A DNA stretch of 6,846 nucleotides from a virus (Duplodnaviria > Heunggongvirae > Uroviricota > Caudoviricetes), in IMG/VR virus record IMGVR_UViG_2734482535_000004. One strand, 5' to 3'. Under the pieces are notes generated by a model. The model was not told the DNA's origin. It searched no databases and worked only from the letters and a program-made list of their open reading frames with translations. Position numbers and translations under genes: made by a program. Position 1 is the stretch's first letter. Each line of letters opens with the position of its first letter. Of the stretch, positions 1 through 6,846 are shown in pieces.

Positions 1-94
1 CTCAGCATGTTGATGTCCTTTCTGGTGTGAGAACCTTAAGGAAACAACATGTTGGGTGGAGCGGACAATCCAAATGGCGAATTACCGTCTTATA

Positions 95-421
95 TCACTG
101 GCGCTGACACTTCATCACCTCCGGACGTAAATCACCATCCTTTGGTGCATTCAGAAACGCGTTCAGTGTCCCCGGTGCATCAGTCGGTGCCACATCAATA
201 TCCCCGACACGGGTTGGCTGCCAGCCGTTACAGTGAAGCGCAACCTCGTAATACCCCGGCTCAGCCTCAATCACATAAGCACCGTTATTGTCCGTCACGC
301 AAGTGGCAACAACGTGTGCCACAACGGTCGGACTGGTTCTTCTGGCCCGCAGTTCAATCGCACAATTTACGACAGGTTTACCCGCCCCATCTTTCAGTAC
401 ACCTGAAATCTTTACTGCCAT
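95..421 (-). pseudogene. stf: Truncated side tail fibre (Stf) N-terminal fragment, 108 codons
   Basis: ATG at 421-419, just downstream of the lom terminator, encodes MAVKISGVLKDGAGKPVVNCAIELRARRTSPTVV...PGTLNAFLNAPKDGDLRPEV. This resembles the lambda Stf N-terminus (MAVKISGVLKDG...) for about 95 residues, then diverges (MKCQRQ) and hits TGA at 95-97. Full-length Stf is several hundred residues. The ORF-track start at 463 would sit inside the terminator hairpin, so 421 is preferred. Confidence 0.55.
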
Positions 422-432
422 ATTCACCCCAC

Positions 433-457
433 AAAAAGCCCGCCTGAACCAGCGGGC
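433..457 (-). terminator. Rho-independent terminator downstream of lom
   Basis: Minus-strand GCCCGC-TGGTTCAG-GCGGGC (perfect 6-bp GC stem, 8-nt loop; plus 438-457) is followed by TTTTTGTGGGG (A-tract at plus 433-437). It lies 28 nt after the lom stop. Confidence 0.8.
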
Positions 458-484
458 AGTCATAACACTGTGTTACCTGGCTAA

Positions 485-1084
485 TCAGAACTTATAACCG
501 ACACCCACGATGAAACCGTCAGTGCGCCAGTCACCACTGCCGGAACCTTCATAAGCAAGGTCAATGGCCACGGATTCGGTCGGGTTAAACTGCACGCCAG
601 CCCCCCACGCCAGAGACGTGTTGCTGTGGCGACCGCCATCACTTCCGGTCAGCACATCGTGCGTTTTCCCCTTGTTGTCAGTTACGCGGAGATAATCCCC
701 GGAGAAGGTCGACACACGGCTGTAAGCCACGCCCGCCATCGCATACGCGCTGAACCATTCATTCACGCGCACAGACGGCCCCGCCATCACGCTGAACCAG
801 CGGTTACGCACGGAATCCTCATGCCAGCGGGTATCGCTGTAATGCGTTTTTTGCTCATCTTCAGCGTTGGCATAACTGAATGACGTAATCAGCCCCAGCG
901 TGTCCGTAAACTCATAACGGTATTTCACGTTAATGCCCTTCAGGTCATCGCTGCCTGGCATATCAGTATGGGTCTGAAGATACCCGGCGCTCAGCGTGGA
1001 CTGATGTTCAGACGCCCATGCAGGCGCACCGGATACGGCCAGACAGATGGCTGCGGACAAAATGGCTGCACAAACTTTACGCAT
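485..1084 (-). CDS. lom: Outer membrane beta-barrel protein Lom (Ail/Lom family), lysogen-expressed moron
   Basis: 199-aa ORF, ATG at 1084-1082 preceded by GAGAGG, TGA at 485-487. Signal peptide MRKVCAAILSAAICLAVSGAPAWA followed by SEHQ, and a C-terminal ...IVGVGYKF ending in an aromatic residue, as is typical of OMP beta-barrels. Near-identical to lambda Lom as I recall it. Confidence 0.93.
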   Translation of the reverse strand: MRKVCAAILSAAICLAVSGAPAWASEHQSTLSAGYLQTHTDMPGSDDLKGINVKYRYEFTDTLGLITSFSYANAEDEQKTHYSDTRWHEDSVRNRWFSVMAGPSVRVNEWFSAYAMAGVAYSRVSTFSGDYLRVTDNKGKTHDVLTGSDGGRHSNTSLAWGAGVQFNPTESVAIDLAYEGSGSGDWRTDGFIVGVGYKF

Positions 1085-1105
1085 AATTACCTCTCGCTTT
1101 TCTGC

Positions 1106-1132
1106 AATAAAAAAGGCACCATTTCTGGTGCC
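1106..1132 (-). terminator. Rho-independent terminator between J and lom
   Basis: Minus-strand sequence GGCACC-AGAAAT-GGTGCC (perfect 6-bp GC-rich stem, 6-nt loop; plus 1115-1132) is followed immediately by TTTTTTATT (plus 1106-1114). It lies about 20 nt after the J stop and upstream of the lom RBS (GAGAGG, 1086-1091). Confidence 0.8.
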
Positions 1133-1151
1133 CGTATCTGGGTTATAAAAT

Positions 1152-4100
1152 TCAGCTAATCGTGATGCCTGCAGTGGCTTTCTTCATCACCACAACCAGC
1201 AAATCGCTGATACTTGCTGTGGGATACCAGCCATTTACCAGCCATGCCGATACAGAAAACTCCAGCGTCATGTGACCGTGACCGGCAGGCATATCAATAA
1301 CACCCGTATATATCAGCGTATTATCCAGGGTCGTTCGGTTATAAATTTCAGCACCGTTTTTCTTCACTATCAGGCGGCATGACGAATAAATATTGTTATT
1401 CTTCCGCTCATGTTTAGCACCGCGAAACGCCACCGCGGGAATAACAATTTGCCGATCAAACGGCTGATCGTCATAAACCCTGACGGTAATGGTCCCTGAT
1501 GGCCACCTCTCCGGTGCCCGGGAGTCCCGTGGGAAAGGTTTGCCCACTGTTTTAACGAGATCGCCTTCAATCTGGTTCGCGGACAATTTTCCCAGAACCC
1601 GACAGTTCTTATTAATCGTGACGTTGTTGAGCGTCCCGGAGTTCGCGTTCACGTTACCGCTGATATCGGCATTTTTCGCCGTCAGCCGTCCGCCAGGTGT
1701 CAGGGAAAATGCCGGAGGATTACCGCCGCTGGTAATGGTCGGAGCCGTCAGGCATTTCAGGAACACGTCGTTCATGAATATCTGATCGCCCTGACCAACA
1801 AACATCGGCTTTGTGTTGCCATTCGCAGGATTAATCATCGCAATCCTGTCTGCCGCCAGCAGCACCTGACTCTGCATTCCTGCTGGCGTATTCTCAATAC
1901 CGGCACCGATACCCGCAATATAAAGGCGTCCGTCCTTCATCTGTTGCAGCTTCACAGCCCACATGCTGTTCAGGTTATTATTTGTATCAACCTGAACTTT
2001 CTGTATCTGCTGGATTGCAGCACTCTGATTTTCCAGTTTTTTATTGACGGTTTGCGTGATTTCATTGCTGACATTCGTAATGGACGTCCTGATTTCAGTC
2101 AGGTCCGGCGCAAGCTGACCGTTATCAATCTGCGTCCACAACTCCTTGCCGAGATGCGTTTTATTGATCAACCCTTTATAAAAATTCAGATAACCTTCTG
2201 CATCATCGCTCGCCCGACCGATGGCCTCCACAAATGCCGATTTGCCAACGGTGTTCACACTGCGAACGTAAAAATAATAATCATGGCCCGGCCTGATATT
2301 GATACTGGCGGCTATCCAGTACAGCGCCGTGCCAAGATAGCGGGCGCTGGTTTCAACCTGCCTGATATCCGCAATCCGCTTTTCCGAAAACCAGAACTCA
2401 AACTGCACCGTCGGGTCATATACAGCCAGTTTCGGGACCGCCGTTATCTGAAAATACCCCGGTATCAGTTCAATAGTGACAGGCGCTGCCGGTGCCGCAA
2501 TCCGGAACGATACCGACGCCGGATCGCCCTGCTGCCCCCGGGCATTTACCGCCCGGACTGTCAGACTGTAATTCCCCAGCGCCAGCTGCCTGAAGCGGTA
2601 TGTGGTTTCCGTCGTCCTGGCTGTGCTGACCAGCCGCTCACTGCCGTCGTCCGCTGCCACGGTCAGGCGAAGCAGGAAGCTCACACCCTTCACCACCTTC
2701 GGCGTGTCCCATCGCGCCAGCACCTGATATTCCCCGCTGTCTGCGGTGACTTCGGCGGTCAGATGCTGCACCGCTGGCGGCGTGACACCATTCACCGTGC
2801 CGCGCCGGTCACCGTCAAAGTGTGCCCCGTTATCCACGATGGCCTCTTTTTCCGGCACATGCTGCACGGCGGTGATGGCATACGTGCCGTCGTCGTTCTC
2901 ACGGATACTCACGCAGCGGAACAGACGCTGGCGCAGCGTCGGCAGCTTCAGCCCCCACACGCTGTATTCTGCAACGCCGTCAGGAACCCGGCTCACTTTC
3001 ACCTTCACGCCGTCGGTGACGGACTGGACCTCCACGCTGACCGGATTGCCACTTCCGTCAACCAGGCTTATCAGCGTGGTACCGGAGGACGGCAGCGTGA
3101 TTTCACGGTCGAGCGTCAGCGTCCGGGTCTGGCTGTTCACCGCCAGTACGCGACCACCGGTGCTGATACCGGCATAATCATCATCGCAGATTTCAATGAC
3201 ATCACCCGGTACATGGCGAAGCCCTTCTGCGCCCACGCTGAAGTCCACGGTCTGCGTTTCCAGCAGTTCCGTTTTAATCAGCCACAGCCCGGCTCGGTGT
3301 GCCTGCCCCCGGCTGGTACAGCCAAAGGCATCCATCTTCGTGACATTACGACCGTAACGGGCAATGGCCTGCGTATCCTCCACAAGCTCTGTCGCCGTCT
3401 CCCAGCCGTTATCTGGGTCAATCCAGTTCACCTCAACGGCATTATGGCGGTCCTTCAGGGCGCTGAAGCTGTAGCGGAACGGCGCGCCATCGTCCGGCAT
3501 CACCACATTACTGCGGTTATAGGTCCACACCTTATCCGACGGTCGGTCCTGCACGAACGTCAGCATCTGTCCGTTCCATACCGGCATACAGCGCATCGCC
3601 GAGCAGAAATCACTGAGAACATCCCACGCCTTACGCTGTGTGGTCAGGTAAGAGTTACAGGTGATGCGCGGCTCCGTGCCGCCAAATCCGTCCGTCACTG
3701 ACTGGTCGCAGTACTGGCCGATGACATACAGCGCCCATTTGTCCACATCTGCCGCACCAAGACGTTTCCCCATGCCGTAGCGCGGATGAGTGAGCATGTC
3801 CCACAGACACCAGGCCATGTTGTTGCTGTATGCTGGCTTAAGCGTTCCGTCCCAGATACCGCTGTATTGCCGCGTCTGCGGGTTATAGTTCGACGGCACC
3901 TGCAGAATGCGCCCGCGAAGATGATAATTGCGACTCACCTGCTGGTTACCGAACTGCTCTGAATCCACCTGCACGCCGACCAGCGCCGTGTTCGGGTAGC
4001 ACTGTTTCACATCGATGATTTCGGTGTACGACGACCAGAGCGTTTTGTTCTGCAGCTGGTCTGTGGTGCTGTCCGGTGTCATCCTGCGCATCCGGATATT

Positions 4101-4651
4101 AAACGGGCGCGGCGGCAGGTTACCCACCACCACCGAGGCCAGATACTGCGAAGTGGTTTTGCCCTTAATGGTGATGTCTTTTTCCGTCACCCAGCCACCG
4201 TTACGCTGTATCTGAACCAGCAGGCGGACTTCCGACGGATTCCGGTCACCCNNNNNNNNNNNNNNNNNNNNNNNNNNNNNNNNNNNNNNNNNNNNNNNNN
4301 NNNNNNNNNNNNNNNNNNNNNNNNNNNNNNNNNNNNNNNNNNNNNNNNNNNNNNNNNNNNNNNNNNNNNNNNNNNNNNNNNNNNNNNNNNNNNNNNNNNN
4401 NNNNNNNNNNNNNNNNNNNNNNNNNNNNNNNNNNNNNNNNNNNNNNNNNNNNNNNNNNNNNNNNNNNNNNNNNNNNNNNNNNNNNNNNNNNNNNNNNNNN
4501 NNNNNNNNNNNNNNNNNNNNNNNNNNNNNNNATCCACCGGACCGTCAACCGGCCCTTCGCTGATGGCATCAATCACACTCAGCAACTGCGTGGATTTCAG
4601 GTTGTCCTTCGCTTCGCGCGGGGTATGCCCCTTACTGCTGCCTTTACCCAT
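1152..4651 (-). CDS. J: Host specificity / central tail fibre protein J (gpJ-like), interrupted by a 280-nt N run
   Basis: ATG at 4651-4649 gives [40 protein letters not shown] (gpJ N-terminus as I recall it), then the N run. Directly below the gap, 4250-4191 translates as [20 protein letters not shown], then V (GTG at 4190-4188; the ORF track calls it M) and [20 protein letters not shown]..., collinear with lambda J for roughly 700 residues. The frame runs to TGA at 1152-1154. Estimated total about 1160 aa. The frame above the gap differs from the frame below it (see findings). Confidence 0.93.
4252..4531. other. Run of 280 N (assembly gap or masked sequence) inside J
   Basis: Directly visible: 280 consecutive n characters. 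It replaces the region equivalent to about lambda J residues 41-127. Confidence 1.
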
Positions 4652-4673
4652 TCCTCACGCTCCATAAACGACA

Positions 4674-4693
4674 AAACCGCCCGCAGGCGGTTT
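4674..4693 (-). other. Stable hairpin in the I-J intergenic region (8-bp stem aaaccgcc/ggcggttt, 4-nt loop); possible weak terminator or RNA-stabilising stem-loop
   Basis: Plus-strand aaaccgcc-cgca-ggcggttt at 4674-4693 is a perfect inverted repeat. On the minus-strand transcript it is followed by TTGTCGTTTAT, a weak and interrupted U-tract, about 20 nt upstream of the J start. Confidence 0.3.
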
Positions 4694-4711
4694 CACATAA
4701 AACATTTTGCA

Positions 4712-5353
4712 TCAGCGACCAATCACCACAACCTGACCACCATCCCCTTCGTCTGCCGTGCTGATCTCCTGAGAAACCACACGTGACCCCACGCGCATTT
4801 CACCGTACAGAACGGGCAGAACATTGCCCTGGGCAACCATGTTATCCAGTGACGAGAAATACGTGTTCTGCTTACCGTTATCCGTTGTCTGTGTACGGGG
4901 AGTTCTGGCTTTCGGTGCCAGCATCTGTGCAACACCGCCAAGCGTCATACTGGCACCGAGAGAAAACAGCAGATTACTCGCCATAATTCCTACCCCCGGC
5001 ATCCATATAGCAACCGCCATAACAGCCGCCCCCAGCACCGCCTGAAACACACCGCCACTTTTAGCTCCCACCAGACGCGGTACTATGTGGATCACTGCAC
5101 CATTTGCCAGCGGCTCATTAAGACGGGCAGACAATTCGGTTTCACCTGCATCACGCCCGGCAATGCGCACCTGATACCAGCCGTCACTCAGTTTCTGACG
5201 AAACGCCGGGAGCTGTGTGGCCAGTGCCCGGATGGCTTCAGCCCCCGTTTTCACACGAAGGTCGATGCGGCGACCAAATCGTTGTAAATCCCCGTAAAGG
5301 CAGATGCGCGCCATGCCCGGTGACGCCAGAGGGAGTGTGTGCGTCGCTGCCAT
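4712..5353 (-). CDS. I: Tail tip assembly protein I (gpI-like)
   Basis: 213-aa ORF, ATG at 5353-5351, TGA at 4712-4714. Protein MAATHTLPLASPGMARICLYGDLQRFGRRIDLRVKTGAEAIRALATQLPAFRQKLSDGWYQVRIAGRD...NGKQNTYFSSLDNMVAQGNVLPVLYGEMRVGSRVVSQEISTADEGDGGQVVVIGR matches lambda gpI at both termini as I recall it. Its 5' end overlaps the K 3' end by 103 nt (5251-5353) in a different frame, the same overlap I recall for lambda K/I. Confidence 0.93.
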   Translation of the reverse strand: MAATHTLPLASPGMARICLYGDLQRFGRRIDLRVKTGAEAIRALATQLPAFRQKLSDGWYQVRIAGRDAGETELSARLNEPLANGAVIHIVPRLVGAKSGGVFQAVLGAAVMAVAIWMPGVGIMASNLLFSLGASMTLGGVAQMLAPKARTPRTQTTDNGKQNTYFSSLDNMVAQGNVLPVLYGEMRVGSRVVSQEISTADEGDGGQVVVIGR

Positions 5354-6284
5354 TTGTCGGTGTACCTCTCTCGTTTGCTCAGTTGTTCAGGAATATGGTG
5401 CAGCAGCCCGCCGTCACCGCAGTAAATGGCGGCATGATTCGGCACCGATGAACCAAAACAGCACAGCAGCACATCGCCCGGCTGTGCCTCTGTCAGTGCG
5501 ACACGGTAAAAACCCGTCACCTCCATATTGTCAAGATAGAGATTCTGACCGTTACGCCACCAGTCATCCCCGCGATGAAAATCCGGCATCTCAATCCCTG
5601 CCAGATGATAAGCATCCCGGAACAGCGTGTAACAGTCCGTCACCCCGTGCTCAAAGCGCCGCCCGGTGAGATGCGGCACACAGCGGAACTTATGAATCGC
5701 CCCCCGGCAGACCAGCAACCACGGCAAATCACTCTGCACCTGCAGCCGCCGGTCAGCCTCACTCAGCCAGGGCAGACCACCGGGGTGGCTGTGGACCAGC
5801 GCCACAATCTCACCCTGCATTTCTGCCTGCAGCCAGTCCTCCGGAGCCATCCGGAAATAATCCTCCGGCTCACCGGAAATATTCACGCAGGGAAAATATC
5901 TTTCCCCCTCCGGCGTTCTCACCACGAAGCCGCACGACTCCGCTGGCGCACATCNNNNNNNNNNNNNNNNNNNNNNNNNNNNNNNNNNNNNNNNNNNNNN
6001 NNNNNNNNNNNNNNNNNNNNNNNNNNNNNNNNNNNNNNNNNNNNNNNNNNNNNNNNNNNNNNNNNNNNNNNNNNNNNNNNNNNNNNNNNNNNNNNNNNNN
6101 NNNNNNNNNNNNNNNNNNNNNNNNNNNNNNNNNNNNNNNNNNNNNNNNNNNNNNNNNNNNNNNNNNNNNNNNNNNNNNNNNNNNNNNNNNNNNNTCCCTC
6201 CGGCGTTCTTACCACGAAGCCACACGACTCCGCTGGCGCACATCGCCGGGCGTGCGCCAGAATCGCTGATTCTGTCTGTGTCAT
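5251..6284 (-). CDS. K: Tail tip assembly protein K (gpK-like; JAB/MPN + NlpC/P60 domains), interrupted by an N run and a flanking 50-nt duplication
   Basis: ATG at 6284-6282 lies 4 nt after the L stop and encodes MTQTESAILAHARRCAPAESCGFVVRTPEG up to the N run. Below the gap the same peptide CAPAESCGFVVRTPEG reappears and continues ERYFPCVNISGEPED...VHSHPGGLPWLSEADRR (JAMM-type HxH-x7-S-xx-D motif)...GVTDCYTLF...NHAAIY (NlpC/P60-like Cys/His)...GIYNDLVAASTFV, stopping at 5251-5253. The last 199 aa correspond to the classical lambda K annotation. As written the two halves are in different frames; removing the gap plus one repeat copy gives a clean 744-nt, 247-aa ORF. Confidence 0.85.
5905..5954. 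repeat. Downstream copy of the 50-nt direct repeat flanking the N run inside K
   Basis: 5905-5954 (cccctccggcgttctcaccacgaagccgcacgactccgctggcgcacatc) is 47/50 identical to 6195-6244. Both copies encode the same peptide (CAPAESCGFVVRTPEG) on the minus strand. Confidence 0.95.
5955..6194. other. Run of 240 N (assembly gap or masked sequence) inside K
   Basis: Directly visible: 240 consecutive n characters, flanked by the 50-nt direct repeat. Confidence 1.
6195..6244. repeat. Upstream copy of a 50-nt direct repeat flanking the N run inside K
   Basis: 6195-6244 (tccctccggcgttcttaccacgaagccacacgactccgctggcgcacatc) matches 5905-5954 at 47 of 50 positions. The mismatches are at 6195/5905, 6210/5920 and 6222/5932. 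Confidence 0.95.
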
Positions 6285-6288
6285 GGAT

Positions 6289-6846
6289 TTACTGAGAAAG
6301 TTTATTGATGGAAAGGAAACCGCCGAAATTACCGGTATTGTTGCGCAACTCACACCCGCGCATACACTTGCTGCATTTGTCCTTCCGGATATCCGTCGTT
6401 GGTTTGTCGAACTCGTCAGCCACTGCCCTGCCCGTGTAACCACACTCATCAGAACGGTAAGTCCACATACAGGTATTCGCCAGCATGATACGCCCCGGGA
6501 AAACCGCGCCATCCGTCTCCGTTGGTGTGGCCAGCACAAAAGAGGCACTGACCGCGCTCAGTTCGCTGCACTGCTCGATGCGCCAGCGGCTGATCACCTC
6601 CTGTTCCGGATCGGCGTCGCTGTTTCCGTTGACGAAGTTCACCGCATCCAGAAAACGGGCGTAAACCTTACGCCTGACCACCGTTCCGCCGACCAGACTC
6701 TGCAGGTCTTCCGCCATCCCGGTGACCATTCCGTGCAGGTTAGAAACCGTCAGTGTCGGACGGGCAGCACTGCCCTTGCCGTTCAGTTCAAATCCCGTCC
6801 CCTGAATGGGGTATGCCTGATACTGCCGCCCCTGCCAGGTAACCGG
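6289..6846 (-). CDS. L: Tail tip protein L (gpL-like), 5' partial; N-terminus lies beyond the window end
   Basis: Minus-strand frame is open from the window edge (6846, on a codon boundary) to a TAA stop at 6289-6291. My translation of 6721-6846 gives PVTWQGRQYQAYPIQGTGFELNGKGSAARPTLTVSNLHG, continuing into the ORF-track protein MVTGMAEDLQSLVGGTVVRRKVYARFLDAVNFVNGN...GNFGGFLSINKLSQ. This matches lambda gpL as I recall it, including the C-terminal cysteine cluster (DECGYTG...CSKCMRGC) associated with the gpL Fe-S cluster. About 185 of roughly 232 codons are present. Confidence 0.9.
   Translation of the reverse strand, partial: PVTWQGRQYQAYPIQGTGFELNGKGSAARPTLTVSNLHGMVTGMAEDLQSLVGGTVVRRKVYARFLDAVNFVNGNSDADPEQEVISRWRIEQCSELSAVSASFVLATPTETDGAVFPGRIMLANTCMWTYRSDECGYTGRAVADEFDKPTTDIRKDKCSKCMRGCELRNNTGNFGGFLSINKLSQ

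Noticed and set aside
49-447. 132-aa plus-strand ORF
   Set aside because: Antisense to the stf fragment and the lom terminator. The peptide is Pro/Ser/His-rich and low-complexity with no start-site context, so it is probably spurious.
626-1159. Plus-strand ORFs of 85 aa (626-883) and 63 aa (968-1159)
   Set aside because: Both are antisense to lom and the J-lom intergenic terminator; short, Arg/His-rich, with no support.
1085-1190. Candidate sigma70 promoter for lom (TATAAC-like hexamer near 1141-1146 on the minus strand; TTGCAG near the RBS)
   Set aside because: No -35/-10 pair with acceptable spacing; the TATAAC hexamer lies upstream of the terminator hairpin, and TTGCAG is too close to GGTAAT. 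Not supportable without transcript data.
1370-3177. Alternate-frame ORFs inside J (1370-1570 minus, 1489-1785 plus, 2746-3177 plus)
   Set aside because: Embedded within or antisense to J, with no independent evidence; ordinary for a 3.5-kb gene.
1944-3701. 585-aa plus-strand ORF
   Set aside because: Lies entirely antisense to the strongly supported J gene. Its composition is Arg/His/Pro-rich and low-complexity, as expected for the reverse strand of GC-rich coding DNA, and it has no recognisable motifs or RBS context.
4187-4651. ORF-track entries treating the N run as translatable X (4187-4651 and 4246-4572, minus strand)
   Set aside because: Only the first 40 residues of 4187-4651 are real (the J N-terminus). 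The rest is read through N, and the C-terminal tail after the gap is out of frame with true J. 4246-4572 is almost entirely N.
4723-5669. Short ORFs overlapping I and K on either strand (4723-4941 minus, 4783-4986 plus, 4824-5045 plus, 5087-5287 plus, 5215-5451 plus, 5304-5669 plus)
   Set aside because: All are antisense or alternate-frame to the strongly supported I and K genes and are compositionally biased. The only genuine overlap is the K/I out-of-frame overlap at 5251-5353.
4252-6194. Possibility that the two N runs hide an inserted mobile element or defence cassette
   Set aside because: The runs are only 280 and 240 nt. The J gap matches the size of the missing lambda J segment, and the K gap is flanked by overlapping K sequence. 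Neither leaves room for an extra gene.
5919-6548. 209-aa minus-strand ORF starting at 6548
   Set aside because: The part upstream of 6284 is an alternate frame inside L. The real K start is the ATG at 6284 (MTQTES...). The part after the N run (DVRQRSRAASW) is the out-of-frame reading of the duplicated segment.
1-6846. CRISPR arrays, tRNA or rRNA genes, IS elements or integrase/att sites
   Set aside because: No spaced short direct repeats, no inverted terminal repeats, no transposase- or integrase-like ORF, and no tRNA-like structure were seen. The only direct repeat is the 50-nt pair flanking the K gap.

Overview
The window is a contiguous lambdoid (phage lambda-like) tail-tip / host-specificity module, entirely on the minus strand, in the order L (5' partial) - K - I - J - lom - truncated stf. 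All calls rest on reading the supplied translations against my memory of the lambda proteins; no database search was run. Two runs of N (4252-4531 inside J, 5955-6194 inside K) interrupt the sequence. The K gap is flanked by a 50-nt near-identical direct repeat whose three mismatches are all synonymous third-position changes; collapsing it restores an intact 247-aa K reading frame, so it is most likely a scaffold-join artefact. The J gap length is incompatible with frame continuity, so it is either nominal or hides a frameshift. lom is bracketed by two clear rho-independent terminators, the classic moron arrangement. The stf homologue loses homology and stops after about 108 codons. I see no CRISPR array, toxin-antitoxin pair, defence-like operon or other novel system in the readable sequence; this looks like an ordinary, well-characterised prophage region. 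The most useful follow-ups are the assembly anomalies, the divergent J C-terminus (probable altered receptor specificity) and the stf breakpoint.
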